From: Octopus vulgaris
Taxonomy: Eukaryota
Direction: 5' to 3'
DNA length: 64,000 nt
NCBI GenBank assembly: GCA_951406725.2
Contig: OX597838.1
Coordinates: forward strand, 9,734,001-9,798,000
The position numbers and the translations under genes are program-made. Positions 50,561 to 63,849 of this stretch are shown here, piece after piece. Position 1 is the first letter of the stretch, and every line of letters begins with the position of its first letter. Below the pieces are notes generated by a model, which ran no database searches, was not told the DNA's origin, and worked only from the letters and a program-made list of their open reading frames with translations.

Positions 50561-53500
50561 GAGTGCGAGAGCAGTGCATGCCATCAAAGTGACACAGGGG
50601 TACAAATATATGAAGCCAAACATACCCATCACAACTACCCCTCTGATAAGAGTACAACAGGCACATGTATCACAACAACTATATGTGCACAACAAGGTAA
50701 TCTCATAATGAGATAGACAGCGCCTGACCTCGTAGGTGGGGGCCATTTAGATTTTTTCAGGTTATGTTGCCCATCCCACCCATTATTATTATTATTATTA
50801 TTAAGAGAAAATACTTAGTACCATTCCTTTAAGGCAATGAATTTACAGAATCTAGGGAGCTTGCTTCCCAACTACATGGTTTCGGGTTCAGTCCCACTGC
50901 GTGGCACTTTGGGTAGGTGTCTTCCGCTATAGCCCCGAGTCGACCGAAGCTTTGTGATTGAATTCAGTAGGTGGAAGTTACTGCCATGTGTGTATGTGTG
51001 CATATAGCTGCTCAGTGCCTCTCCGAAAGAGAGAGAGGGATTAGACCACCAGGCGAAATGCTTAGTAGCATTTGATCCATCTTCACATTCTGAATTCAAG
51101 TCGACTTACCTCTGCCCCCAAAATTGCTGGCTTTATGCCAAAAATTGGAATCCTCATTATAATTATTATCATTATTATTATTATTATTAATATTATTATT
51201 ATTATTATTGTTGTTATTACTATTAAGGAGGCGAGCTTGCAGAATCATTAGCACACCGCCCAAAATGTTTAGCAGCATTTCGTCCGTCTTGACATTCTGA
51301 GATCAAATTCTGGAAAGGTCGACTTTGCTTTTCATCCTTTTGGAGTCAATAGATTAAGTACCAGTGAAACACTGGGGTCAATGGGGTAATCGACTACTCC
51401 CCACTACCCCCCAAAAAATTTCAGGTCTTGTGCCTATAGCAGAAAGGATTATTATAATTATTAAGGCAACGAGCTGGCAGAAAAGTTACTGAATCAGGCA
51501 AAATACTTAGCATCAAACTGTTGGCCCATAGGGCGAAATGCTAAGCCCCATTTCATCCATCTTCACACTCTGCGTTCAAATTCCGAGGTCAACTTTGCCT
51601 TTCATCCTTTCGGGGTTGATAAAATAAGTACCAGTCAAGAACTGGGGTTGATGTAACCAAGTAACCCCTTCTTCCTAAAAACTCCATACCTTGTGCTCTT
51701 TTAGAAAGTAGTAGTAGTAGTAGTCGTAGTCGTCGTCAGGCAAAATTGTTAACAACAGTTCTTCCTTTCTCTCTACTTCGTCTACCACTGGGACAATGGC
51801 TTCTGCTCCTTGAGCTGCTTTGGATCTTGTCACCTCCACTCAGTCACTCCCAGCCCATTCATCTTCCCACTTCTCAACACTCGTTATATACACTCCCACC
51901 CACAAGCACCGCACTAACCACTACACCCAGTCCTTCCTCCCCCACTCCCAGAGTTCTCTCCCTCTATATCCTTTTCTTACAACTATCAACTTGCAACAAT
52001 CCAAGTGGAGGCAACCTCGCTAGTGCCAATGGCTCAAAAAACAAAGGACACCTTGTACATGCTGCATTGTGGTTGGCATTAGGAAGGGCATCCAGCAACG
52101 GAAACCATGCCAGACACTGGAGCATAATGCAGTCTTTGGACACATCAGATCCTGTCAAGCATCTAACCCATACCAGCATGGAGCATGCTCTCATTACTCC
52201 CAAACAATGCACTCCAGACATAACTCCTGTCTTCCCCAAACTCTTCAATCTCCATACATAGATATACAAAGAACAGGTTCTTTGTAAATGAACTACAAGT
52301 GAAGGTATGTGGGTTAGTGTCTAGGGTATTTGGCTCACAATCATGAGGACCTCGGCGGAATTTGAACTCAGAACATAGCGGCAGACGAAATACCGCTAAG
52401 CATTTCGCCCACCATGCTAACGTTTCTGCCAGCTCACCACCTTACATAAATTCTTCTTGCCACACAGCAAAGCTTATACACACACAGTCTTTCTCTCTCT
52501 CTCTCTGCTTAACCCCCACTCACAACATATACACAGCTCAATATACAATATTGACAAAGATTAAAGATTGGTATGAAACAAAAAACACCAAAAACTTATA
52601 TATGTGTACATGAGCATGCATCTGTGTGTGTGTGTATGTGTGTGTGCGTGCAAGCACAAACCTACCTCTTTGAGAAGATCCTGACAAGGTGAACGATGAC
52701 AGGAACTTAGTAATGCCTGACGAAGTGACAACATATTTGATTCTGCACAAGACGGGTTGATCACAGCAGCAATTTGAGGGCAAGGGGATGATGGTAATGG
52801 CAGATTGTCCTCAATTTTCAAATGCGAATCACAGAAATAAGCCATGCAAGGTGTTGTGGGAGAGGATGAAGATGCAGCGTCAACGGTCTCGGTCTTCACT
52901 GCACCCTGTGTGTTCCGCTGCAGCTGATCGTGCAGCTGGTGTTGCGGAAATGAAGCCTCGGTGGGGCAATTCGTCCAACTGTCCATTTGATTGGCAGTTT
53001 GTTTAGAATCTTTGCTGCACATAGAAGAACTAAGAGTCGCGGAAAGGCTAGCAGACGGCACCGAGAAATCGCCGCTGCCATTGATGTTGTCATTACCACA
53101 GCCATCACTTGAGATTTCCGTACTACTGTTGCTGCACTTAGCAACCGGCTTCCACCTACCCGTGTTCCGTGAACTAATTCGTTTCTTTTGCTTCGATTTC
53201 CGACTGATTCTAGCCGTTTCCGCGACAGACTGTCTCGTCACCCGCCGCGTCAGTGGTGCCGAAACCACAGACACTGAACACTCGCTGTCCGTTGAGATTT
53301 CCTCAGAGTTTGACCTCGCCACACAGTTCTCGGATATTCTGCGAATTTTATCTCTTTGACCCGTTTCGCAAGAAGAACTGAATTCTGGGGTACACTGGCT
53401 GCTGCAATTATTGGTGTTATTATTAACAGGACTACAACTGGAAGTGTCAGGCTGAGGCGATGACAGTTTCTGTTGGCTGTGGAACATATAGAAACACAAT

Positions 53501-56500
53501 GTTAATACAGTGTGGAAATAAAATAAGAAACACATACATTATATATATATATAAATAAAATAATAGATACATACATTATGCCTTTCCTCCCTTGGACACA
53601 AAGACCTGTTGAGGCAAGCGAAGTCGATATAGAACCTCATCCGACAACAGGCACCCATGCCAACCCCCTTTGCTTGCGAAGACATGTTGGGGCAAGCGAA
53701 ATCGAAATCGAATTGAACCAGCCAGGACCCCTGGTCTGGTGGTACGTAAAAAGCACTATCCGACTCGTGGCCGATGCCAGCGCCGCCTCGACTGGCTTCC
53801 GTGCCGGTGGCACGTAAAATACACCAATCCGACCGTGGCCGTTCGCCAGCCTCGCCTGGCACCTGTGCAGGTGGCACGTAAAAAGCACCCACTACACTCG
53901 CGGAGTGGTTGGCGTTAGGAAGGGCATCCAGCCGTAGAAACATTGCCAGATAAGACTGGAGCCTGGAGCAGCCCCTGGCTTCCCAGACCCCGGTCAAACC
54001 GTCCAACCCGTGCTAGCGCGGAAAACGGACGTTAAACGATGATGATGATGACACACACACACAACTGCTGCGATAAGCGTGTGAATCTGAGAGGGGAATA
54101 TGTTGAATAAAATCATAACTAACTGATCCTCCTGTATTTTCTCTAAACTAGAATGTATAATTTTCACGTTCATATTTGAATTTTTTGCATTTCAATAATT
54201 TTTCTCTGTTTTTCATTCATTCTTGAATTTGATGGACATCTCGCAGTGTGTAAGCCGACTCAGAAAATCTCTAGTGAGACTTTTTATTGATGTACCCGAA
54301 GAGACCCAGAACGGTTTGAAACACGTGTTGTACCCAACAAAATCTTTTACTCATTGTGGGTCTAATCACAAGACCAAATCCATCCAAAAGGTTTCCAAAT
54401 GGTTTGTCGACCCAATTTCATTCACAAAGCTCAGGTGTAGCTCAAGGTGTGGTGAAAGACTTGCTGAAGAGTTCACACAGTGAAATTGATCCCAGTTCAT
54501 GATTGCAAAGTAAACTTATTAACCATTTGGTCATGGTTGTGTCCAGAGAGAGAGAAAAAGAGAGACAGAGACAGAAAGAAAGGGAGGGACATAGAGAGAG
54601 GGATAGATAGAATAGACAGATAGGAGAGAGAGAGAGTGGGGACAAATAGATATATAGGAGAGAGAGAGGGTTTTTATATGACAAAAGTTATTTACCTGTA
54701 ACGATGACTAATAAACTTTGAATAATGATCTTTTTCAAAACTGTACAATAAAATAGTTGATAAAGAGAAGTCAAAACAGACACGAATTCCATCTACTACT
54801 TCCCGACATATAGGAATGCTGCAACAGGAAAAAGAAAAGAAAATGGTTAAGAAGAAATTATCCAGAAGAATTAACAAAATGATTGGTTGTGGCGATTTGC
54901 AGTATTTGAGAAGATGCGTCAAACGAAGTAAAACCACAATCATCCATACATACAGGTTTGTCCTTGTCCTTTCCAGGTACCACATAAAATGCATCTGTGC
55001 CAGTGGCATGTAAAAGGCACCCAGCACACTCTGTAAAGTGGTTGGCATTAAGAAGGGCATCCAGCTGTAGAAACCATGCCACAGCAGACAATTGGAGTTT
55101 GGACTGCTCCCTAGCTGGCCAGCTCCTGTCAAACCGTCCAACCCATGCCAGCATGGAAAATGGGTCTATGTATGCATGCATGTATGTATGTATGTACAAA
55201 CAAAGGGCTTCTTTCATTTTCCACCTACCATATCCACTGATAAGGCTTTGGTTGGCATGTGGACAAGGTACCACACAGTGGGTCTGAACTCAAAACTATG
55301 TGGTTGGGAAGCAAACTTCTTAACTACACAGCCATGCCTGCACCAAGAGTACTGTATATCAACCCCAGTGCTTATTCTAAAACCTGGTACTGACTGTATC
55401 AACCTCTTTCGCTAAACCATTAAGCCACAAAAAAAAATATAAAATGCATATACAAATAGTGAAATTAAAGTAGAATCCCACCTTTTTATATTGATGGCAG
55501 GGTTTTTACCGTTTCCTCTCTGTTTACAACGGTCAGACAAACCATAGAGAACATTGACGGAAAAATTTTTGACATAACCTTCTAATACCGACACAACATT
55601 AATTTCGGCTGGAAGACGCAGGAACTGGAAAGAGAGAAATAATTTAACCCTTTAGTGTTCAGATTATTCTGTCAAATGTGATGTTTGTTTATTTAAAATG
55701 GTTTGAATTAATCATGCATTATCTTGTAGTTTAGAGATTTCGGTGATGTGATTTTTTAGTTTTAGAACGACATGGTTGGGCTGAGATGAAAGGTGGGATC
55801 TGGTCAGTTTCAATATAAAACAGGTTAAATATTTTGGCCAGATATGGCCGGTTTTGAATGCTAAAGGGTTAAGTTAAGAATAATTTTCTGACTATTGTAC
55901 ACATATTTAATGCTTTAGCATCCATGATATTGAGGTAGAAAGTATGGATGTTGCATATTAGTGAAATATGAGCATTGAATGCAGAGGGCGGGTGAGGGAA
56001 GGAAACAAACAAACAATTATGACCTGCTGGTTATATAATGTTGGCGTAGATGAACAAATGAGACGTGGATTAGCTTAGAGAAGAATTGGATGAGAGAGAA
56101 AGAAGCTGTAGTGTGCAAGAGGGAGAGAGAGAAGGAGAGACAACTGCATTGGTACAGACATGTAATGTGTGTGGATGATAATAGTTGCATAAAGAAAGGC
56201 CAAGAGATCCATGTGAAAGGAACTAGCAGAAGAGGAAGACCAAGAAGATAGAGGCAAGAAGGAGTAATGGTTAAGTGGTTAAAAAAAAAAGGAATCTTGG
56301 GTCTATATACAACTTTACTTTATCGTCTTTGACCGTAATTCTAATTAGTAAATGTGTAGAAATGGAAAACAGTGAATAGGATTTACTTTCTTCTTTTTGT
56401 TAATCATGTAGCAATCTTCTTCCAGTTTCTGGCGAAGAACTTTTGGAATGGTCAGCTCGATTCCAGACTCGACATCATTGCTTTCTTCTTCGTTCTCATC

Positions 56501-57033
56501 CTCGTCGTCATCTCTCTGCAAGTAATTTTAAATGTTTATTAGTTTCTGTGGTTTAAGAGACTAAAGACTTCATTCGCCAAATATTACAAATAATCAACAT
56601 CCAGCTTAAGTAAGGGAGAGAACTCACCCATTTCTCTGCTACACGTGTAGCAGAGAAAGCAGAGAAATGAGTAGTATTAAATTAAAATTCTTTTATATGG
56701 TGTGATGATGGGGTCTACTATCTCTAAATAACATATATATTTCTTTACTACCCACAAGGGGCTAAACATAGAGGGGACAAACAAGGACAGACAAAGGGAT
56801 TAAGTCGATTACATCGACCCCAGTGCGTAACTGGTACTTAATTTATCGACCCCGAAAGGATGAAAGGCAAAGTCGACCTCGGCGGAATTTGAACCCAGAA
56901 CACTTAACGGCAGACGAAATACGGCTACGCATTTCGCCCGACGTGCTAACGTTTCTGCCAGCTCGCCGCCTCTAAATAACATACACATTTCCCTGTGATG
57001 CCGGAATTTTTATTCCCTAATATATAAAATAAA

Positions 57034-57085
<52 letters not shown>

Positions 57086-59317
57086 TATTTATATATTTAT
57101 TTAAATACATATATTTAATTATATGCTCATGGGCATATAGCGTATTGGTTAAGAGCATAGGCTACTAACCCCAAGATTCCGAGTTCAATTCCAGGCAGTG
57201 ACCTGAATAATAATAACAACATTGAAAAATACCTTAGGAATGAGAACCCAGGTTCGAAATTTCCCCAAGACACCTGATGAAGGCTGGAGGGTATAGCAGC
57301 CGAAACATTGTGTTAACAACAAACAAGATGAGGACAAATATCCGACAACTATAAATAATGTACATAATTCCTCATCTCTTAAATATAGAACCATTAATAT
57401 TAACAGTACAAAAACAAAATCGTCAACAAAATGATGAAGACATAACAAAAAAGATATTTCAGAAACATAAAGGAAAAAGTCGAGCTCACATTTCCATTGG
57501 TTCCATTCCGACCGTTGTTTCTGTTACCATCTCCATCTGGCTCTGAGGATTCCTCACTTGACTCACAGTCGCTACTACTGTCAAATGACAAAGGTTTATG
57601 TTTAAAGGCCTTCTCTAAAATGTCGTCAATTTTGTTCTTGCGGGCCTTGTTGTTACGACTGCAATTGAAACAGAGACAGCCAATTGGTAAAAACAGATTA
57701 TATTTGAAATGGAAAACATCAATCTACAATGGAGATCAACCAAAAGATAGGGGAAAAAGATAATCTGGTAGCGATGAGGGGCAAGAGTAAAACCCTCAAA
57801 GATCGAGAGACGACATGTGCATCAGGATGATGCACGTATTATCTCTGCATCTACATAAAGCAATTGATGGGCTGAGTTTTACTTACTAGCATTTTGCAGT
57901 CTCTGCCAACTGCTTCATTAGAGTTCGGTTTTCCTCGGTGCCTTTTAAGATGTAGTTCTCACCAACAGTTCTGTCCCAGCTGAAAGGAATTAGAGAAACA
58001 TAGGGTAACATAAATTGAGGAAATTCTTTTTTTTTGTTTATATTTCAAAGCTCATCACAGACATACAATTATATACATATCATCAAAAAACATTCATTTC
58101 ACATTCAAAAACATTCATTTCACATTCAAAAACATTCATTTCACATTCAAAAACTTTCATTTCACATTCAAAAACATTCATTTCACATTGCTCCAGTCCA
58201 CTCAGCTGGTGAAAAGGAGTAATCCTGTGATGGACTGGCATCTGGTCCAGGGAGGAACATCAACATCAGAGAAACTGGGGAACCAGCCCGATGCTCCAAA
58301 CCGTGCTGTAAATCTTAATTAATTAATCATATTGCTTTATTCCTTCACTTCAATGGCAGAGAAAACTGATGACAACTTAGGAATATTGTTTACCAGAAAA
58401 AAAAAAGGATTGTTTTTAACCCTTTAGCATTTAAAGTATCCATATCTGGCCAAAATATTCTACGGGTTTCATGTTCAAACTGGCCAGATCTGGTCTCTCA
58501 CACCTATGCCACAATGTTATTCTAAAAATAAACATTCATACCATCAAAATCTGAAGGCTATGAGATATCAATTGTCTGGAAGCCGTTCAGCGACATGCAA
58601 CCAAAAGAATACCCTTCATCAGGCATTTGCCATATTCTGAACGCCTTACTTCCCTAGGCATGGACACATTGAAGCTCCGACGTCTGGCAGCTGACTTGGC
58701 AGACACCCATAAAATTATCAACCATCTTACAAACAATAACTCTGAGCACCTTTTCAAACTCCACCCGTCTAACACCCGTGGACATATTTACAAAGTCAGA
58801 AAACAGCACAGCTCCCATGACTTTAGGAAACATTTTTTCACGCTGAGAGTTGCTGAAGCATGGAACAGACTGCCGGCATCAGTTGTTAGTTGTCGGAGCA
58901 CTGCATCCTTCAAAACTTCTGTGCTTTCTGAGATCGCCAACATTACACCTGATTTTCTCCTCTCCATACACACACAAACATGTATCTGACTCATACACTG
59001 TTCGCTTTCCAGACATTTGTACATTACTGCATACACTTTATACGCACTTTCTAACAAGTTGTGCTGCACCTGAGCACTGTATACAATAATTTCATTATTA
59101 TTATTATTCATATTTAACTCAAAACAACGTGGATAAATAGACATTACATTTGTAAGAGTAATCAGAATGCTAAAAGGCTAAATGAGTTTAGACCTATAGA
59201 ATACTGAAAGTCGAAAACAAGAGAAGTACAATACCTGCTGTTCCATCCCTGAAAGTGAATTCGATAAGCAGGCATGTTCCGTCCCGATTTATCTTTCACA
59301 TAAGCTGTGTCCAAAAT
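46315..59317 (-). CDS. MSL3: Male-specific lethal 3 homologue (chromo-barrel + MRG domain), 5'-partial spliced gene
   Basis: Exons 59317-59235, 57979-57887, 57658-57490, 56515-56387, 55624-55482, 54818-54696, 53476-52666, 50169-50034, 48396-48312, 46375-46315, phase-consistent. Motifs [60 protein letters not shown] and [11 protein letters not shown] resemble MSL3 more than MRG15. Confidence 0.92.
46645..47044 (-). mobile_element. SINE family B
   Basis: Copy in last MSL3 intron. Confidence 0.88.
47218..47903 (+). mobile_element. Decayed mariner transposase, 3' half
   Basis: [42 protein letters not shown] motifs with stops and frameshifts. Confidence 0.88.
47910..48105 (+). mobile_element. 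RTE-like AP-endonuclease fragment
   Basis: [28 protein letters not shown] remnants. Confidence 0.6.
48312..48396 (-). CDS. MSL3: MSL3 exon (MRG)
   Basis: [28 protein letters not shown]. Confidence 0.93.
48975..49230 (-). mobile_element. RTE-like reverse transcriptase fragment
   Basis: [30 protein letters not shown]; related piece near 59900-60080. Confidence 0.75.
50034..50169 (-). CDS. MSL3: MSL3 exon (MRG C-terminal half)
   Basis: [45 protein letters not shown]. Confidence 0.92.
52666..53476 (-). CDS. MSL3: MSL3 large exon (Ser-rich insertion in the MRG domain)
   Basis: 811-nt open exon [11 protein letters not shown]...RRVTRQS...QDLLKE; cacag/gtaggt; phases fit both neighbours. Confidence 0.88.
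53580..54050 (+). mobile_element. RTE-like LINE 3' end
   Basis: Same family as 39967-40487, ends in (GAT)n. Confidence 0.7.
54292..54333 (+). ncRNA. Hammerhead motif (CCGAAGA core variant)
   Basis: GTAC CCGAAGA GACC cagaac GGTT T GAAACACGTGTT GTAC. Confidence 0.6.
54696..54818 (-). CDS. MSL3: MSL3 exon (MRG)
   Basis: [41 protein letters not shown]. Confidence 0.93.
55482..55624 (-). CDS. MSL3: MSL3 exon (MRG)
   Basis: [47 protein letters not shown]. Confidence 0.9.
55648..55868. mobile_element. piggyBac-type MITE
   Basis: TTAA|CCCTTTAG ... CTAAAGGG|TTAA; relatives near 39503, 39728-40844, 58416-59180. Confidence 0.8.
56387..56515 (-). CDS. MSL3: MSL3 exon (MRG start)
   Basis: [43 protein letters not shown]. 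Confidence 0.93.
56736..56970 (-). mobile_element. SINE family C, full length
   Basis: 13-bp TSD TCTAAATAACATA (56723-56735, 56971-56983); decayed copies near 9111, 14550, 15400-16000, 38590, 45330, 51225-51700. Confidence 0.9.
57131..57390 (+). mobile_element. SINE-like element: tRNA-like head followed by a hammerhead motif
   Basis: TAGCGTATTGG (A box) and GAGTTCAATTCC (B box), then hammerhead at 57269-57314; 3' boundary approximate. Confidence 0.6.
57269..57314 (+). ncRNA. Minimal hammerhead motif inside a tRNA-headed element
   Basis: GACAC CTGATGA A GGCTG ... CAGCC GAAAC ATT GTGTT; stem III carries an apparent CpG-to-CpA change. Confidence 0.68.
57490..57658 (-). CDS. MSL3: MSL3 exon (basic/acidic linker)
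   Basis: [57 protein letters not shown]; tgcag/gtgagc. Confidence 0.88.
57887..57979 (-). CDS. MSL3: MSL3 exon (chromo-barrel end)
   Basis: [31 protein letters not shown]; ttcag/gtaagt. Confidence 0.93.
58083..58189. repeat. 21-bp tandem repeat x5
   Basis: CAAAAACATTCATTTCACATT units running into a SINE body (GCTCCAGTCCACTCAGC). Confidence 0.9.
58570..59107 (+). mobile_element. CR1-group LINE 3' end inserted in a piggyBac-type MITE
   Basis: [37 protein letters not shown]; (ATT)n tail. Confidence 0.85.
59235..59317 (-). CDS. MSL3: MSL3 exon (chromo-barrel)
   Basis: [27 protein letters not shown]; acceptor tttctttcaag, donor gtattg. Confidence 0.92.
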
Positions 59318-60724
59318 CTTGAAAGAAATATACGAAAACAAAAAAAATTATTTTTAAATTGTTGCAAAAATGGTTTCAAATTTTGAAAGAGGGGCCAGCA
59401 GTTTTCGGTGGGTGGGGGAAGCTGATTGCATCAACCCTTACACTTGAGTGATGCTTATTTTATCTACCCCCAAAAGGGACGCAAGGCAAATTCAACCTCA
59501 GCAGAATTTGAGCTCAGATTGTAAAGAGAGACAAAATGCCGCTAAGCATTTTGTCCAGTATCCTTTATCTTTCTTTTATCTTTTACTTGTTTCACTCATT
59601 ACACTGTGGCCATGCTGGGGCACCACCTCGAAGAATGATTAGTTGAATGTATTGACTCCGGTACTTATTTTTTTATAAGCATGGTACTTAGTCTATTGGT
59701 CTCTTTTGTTGAACCACTAAGTTATGGGGATGTGAATACACCAACACTGGCTGTTAAGCAGAAATGCAGTACTATGAGAATATATATATATATATACATA
59801 TATATACACATATATTTACATATGTAAGACATTTAAGGGTGGCCAACATGCATTGGTACCTTTTAAGCTTGCATTTACACCACACATTCCTCTCACCATT
59901 GCTCTCTCTCTCGGTCCTTCGCAAAATTGCCATTTCACTTTCCCTCAGACATCATGTCTCATTCCCATACAGCATTGCAGATTTCCCGCAACTCCTATAA
60001 GCCCTTCCTTTCATCTTCAAGGAGAACCTTTTCCCATATAACAATGCTCCACATTCCCTGAACTTCACCCAGCCAAGACTGGTTTGTCGTATTCTGTGGA
60101 ACCATCCAGCCAAAGCCAGCATGGGAAAAAAATGAACATTTAAACAATGATGATATTTTAATTGATACACTCATCTTGTGATTTATACATTCTTTTTGAT
60201 AGATACATATACATACATATATATACATATACAGACACACACACATATATATATATACAAATATATATATCGTGGGCATGGCTGTGTGGTTAGGGATCTT
60301 GCTTCCTAGCCATATGGTTTCGGGTTCAGTCCCACTGCGTGGCACTTTGGGTAGGTGTCTTCCACTATAGCCCCGAGCCGACCGAAGCTTTGTGATTGAA
60401 TTTGGTAGGTGGAAGTTACTGCCGTGTGTGTATGTGTGCATATAGCTGCTCAGTGCCTCTCCGAAAGAGAGAGAGAGAGGGAAATATATATATACATATA
60501 TATATATACATATATATACATATACATATATATATACATATACATACATACATATACATATATATATATACATATACATATATATATACATATATATATA
60601 CAGGCACATATATATATGTATATATATATATATATATACATATACAGACACACACATACATACATATATATATATATATACACATATAAATATATACATA
60701 TATATATATATACATTTGGAATAA

Positions 60725-61337
60725 ACTCATGGTAGGAAGATATGGGATGAGGTGGTGAAGCATGACCCTCAAACACTGGGCCTCAGAGAGGTATACTGTG
60801 ACTGAGAAGACCCAGTAAATAAAGTGAGATCACAGTAGCAGCCTATGCCAGTGTCGCATGACAAACCCACTCAAAAGTATCTCGGATCATAGGGCAACAT
60901 GCTGTGCTTGAGAAGACCTGTTGAGTCAAATACATCAGCACCAAAATCAAATCATTCCACAATCAAATGGAAATTGTAGTTGTGGCTGATGCCAGCACAG
61001 CCTATCTGGCTCCCCATGCCGGTGGCACATAAAAGCACCATCCAAACAAGGTCGATGCCAGTCCCCTCGCTTTGACTGGCTCCTATGCCAGTGGCACATA
61101 AAAAGCACCATCCGAATGTGTCTGATGCCAGCACCACCTTGACTGGCTCCCATGCCAGTGAAAGCACCATCCAAACGTGGTCGATGCTGGTGGCATGTAA
61201 AAAATACAGTCCAAAAGTGGTCAATGCCAGCCCTGTCTGGCCCCTGTGCTGGTGGCACATAAAAAGCGCCTATGTCACTTTCAGAGTGGTTGGCATTAGG
61301 AAGGGCATCCAGCTGTAGAAACACTGCTAGATCAGAT
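60725..61337 (+). mobile_element. RTE-like LINE C-terminus plus 3' UTR
   Basis: [14 protein letters not shown] remnant followed by the repeat-bearing 3' UTR. Confidence 0.6.
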
Positions 61338-62562
61338 TGGACAAATTAATAGAAACACCTTAAGATTTCAAACAAATTTATTTTAATATACGGTAGGACC
61401 GCCTTTGGCAGTAATTACAGCTTGAATTCTACACGGTATGAACTCATACAAGGTTTAAATTATTTCCAAAGGAATTTTTGTCCATTCTTCTGCTAAAACA
61501 GTTTCCAGTTCTTGTAGTGATGATGGTGGAAGATATTGACTCCTTACTTGTTTTTCTAAAATGTCCCATAAATTTGGGGGACTGTGGTGGCCAGATAAGA
61601 TGTTCAACTTCACTAGAATGTTCCTCGTGTCATTCATTAACAACTTTAGCTGTGTAAATTGGTGCATTATCATCCTGGAAGATTGTGTTTCCCTCTGAAA
61701 ACAGTTCCGCAACCATAGGATGAATTTGATGAGATAAAATGCTTAAATAGTCTTGACTATTAATTCTGCCATGAAGGGAAACCATTCAGCCAGTGGATTT
61801 CCAAGATATAGGCCCCCACAGATCATCACAGATCCTCCTCCATGTTTAATAGTTGGAAGAAGGCAGTCTGGGTCAAATGTTTCTTTTGGCTGTCTCCACA
61901 CGTATACTTGGCCAGTGGTTGGAAATAAGGTAACGGATGACTCATCCAAGAAAATAACATTCTTCCACTGCTCTAGGGACCAATTCTGTAGGTTTTTGCA
62001 ATGTTTGTTTTTGAAAGCAGTGGATTTCTGATTGCAGCCCTCCTGTAAAATCTGGCTTTGTGCAGCTCTAGGCGAAAAGTTTTTGTGGAAAAGGGGTTCT
62101 CAAGGTGGCCATTAAGCTCTGCAGTAATTCTGAGACCTGTACTTTTGTGATCTTTTCTGACAATTCGCATACGAGTTCAACGGTCCTTATCTGAAACTTT
62201 TGGTTTTCTTCTGGAGTTTTGTTTCCAAGAGGCAGTTTTTCCATCTTTCTCAAAGCCTGTCATTACTTTCGTGACGGTACTTCTTGATACACCAAACATT
62301 TTGGCTGTTTTCGTTACGCTAGCGCCTGCCATATGATCACCAACAATTTGACCTCTTTCAAGGTCCAATAGATCAGTCATTTTAATGAATTTTAATTACC
62401 TTTTTCGGATGATATCTGAAAAGAAACAGCAATTTTAGCAAAGCATTAAGCAATACTAATAATAATAAATCAAAAAACATAAAAATAAATAAGCTTTTGA
62501 TGGTTTTATAGATATTTCAAAATTATGATGCTAGGTGTTTCCATCATTTTGTCCAGTCCCTG
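61338..62562 (-). mobile_element. Decayed Tc1-family DNA transposon
   Basis: TIR CAGGGACTGGACAAAATGATGGAAACACCT next to TA, partial second TIR; frameshifted transposase (ERGQIVG, DESS, KHGGGSVM, NLWDILE). Confidence 0.9.
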
Positions 62563-62798
62563 TACATATATATACATATACACATATATATACATACATA
62601 TATATATACATACATATACATATATACATACATATACATATACATACATATACATACATACATATATAAACAAACATATATACATACATACATATATACA
62701 TACATATATATATACATATATATACATAAATATATACATATATTTATATACATTATATACACACACACACAAATATGTAAAAACACAAATATATAGAC

Positions 62799-62852
<54 letters not shown>

Positions 62853-63467
62853 TAAATAAAAATATATGCATACATACAAACATATATGTACGTACCTACA
62901 TCTACATGTATATATACATGCATATATAAATAATTATACGTGAGTACAGTTTGCATCTCGTGTTCTCGTGGTTATAAATTGTCCTTCATTGAAATTTTAA
63001 TTTTTGTGGGATTGAACTAGTCTAGGCGTTCTTGATTTCAGGTAGTTTTGCTTTATACACCGCATCATATATGGTCCTTCTTTGGGGTTCAAATTCTCGT
63101 AAGGGTAATATTTGTTTATTTGTTTAGGTGTTGCTAGTTTAAGAAAGTTTCGCTATATATACATACATATATATATATAGGCACACGTCTATACAATATA
63201 TACAAATATATAAAAATATATATACAGTATTAGATACATATATAATTTTATATATATAATATTTATTGTATACTTTACATTTTACATAGGCATATATAAG
63301 TCTGTCGATCGATCGATAGACAGATTGATATATTAGTATATGTGCGTGTATGTACTATATATACATATTTACTTTGGAACTGTGTATGCATATATATATT
63401 TAATATAATACAAATTTACTTTTGTATTTGTATATGTGTAGTATATGTGTGCGAGTATAATGATATA

Positions 63468-63505
<38 letters not shown>

Positions 63506-63849
63506 GTTACCTGCAAGCGAATAACTATTAATACAATTCTCATAATGTGCTTACCGTAACTATACGTAATTTAAAACCTCTAAGGAATATTAACCATTAG
63601 ATGTTACATATAAACAAACGCACACACACACACACATTTATATATATATTTATATATATATATAAATTTATATTTACTAAATTTTGTGGCGTAGGGTAAA
63701 TGACAAACCGTAAACACAACAAAGTGTTTTCTTAAATGAGGTTTATATTATTATTTTTGTAGAGTAAGCTTTACACACACAGCAGATATATATATATATA
63801 TGTGTGTGTATACATGTATATATATATATATATATATTTCAAATAGCCA

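Noticed and set aside
63030-63110. Possible MSL3 first coding exon (LREFEPQRRTIYDA on -)
   Set aside because: Only loosely resembles the expected VLCFEPDPTKARVLYDAK; spacing is wrong and there is no convincing start or donor. The true exon probably lies beyond 64000.
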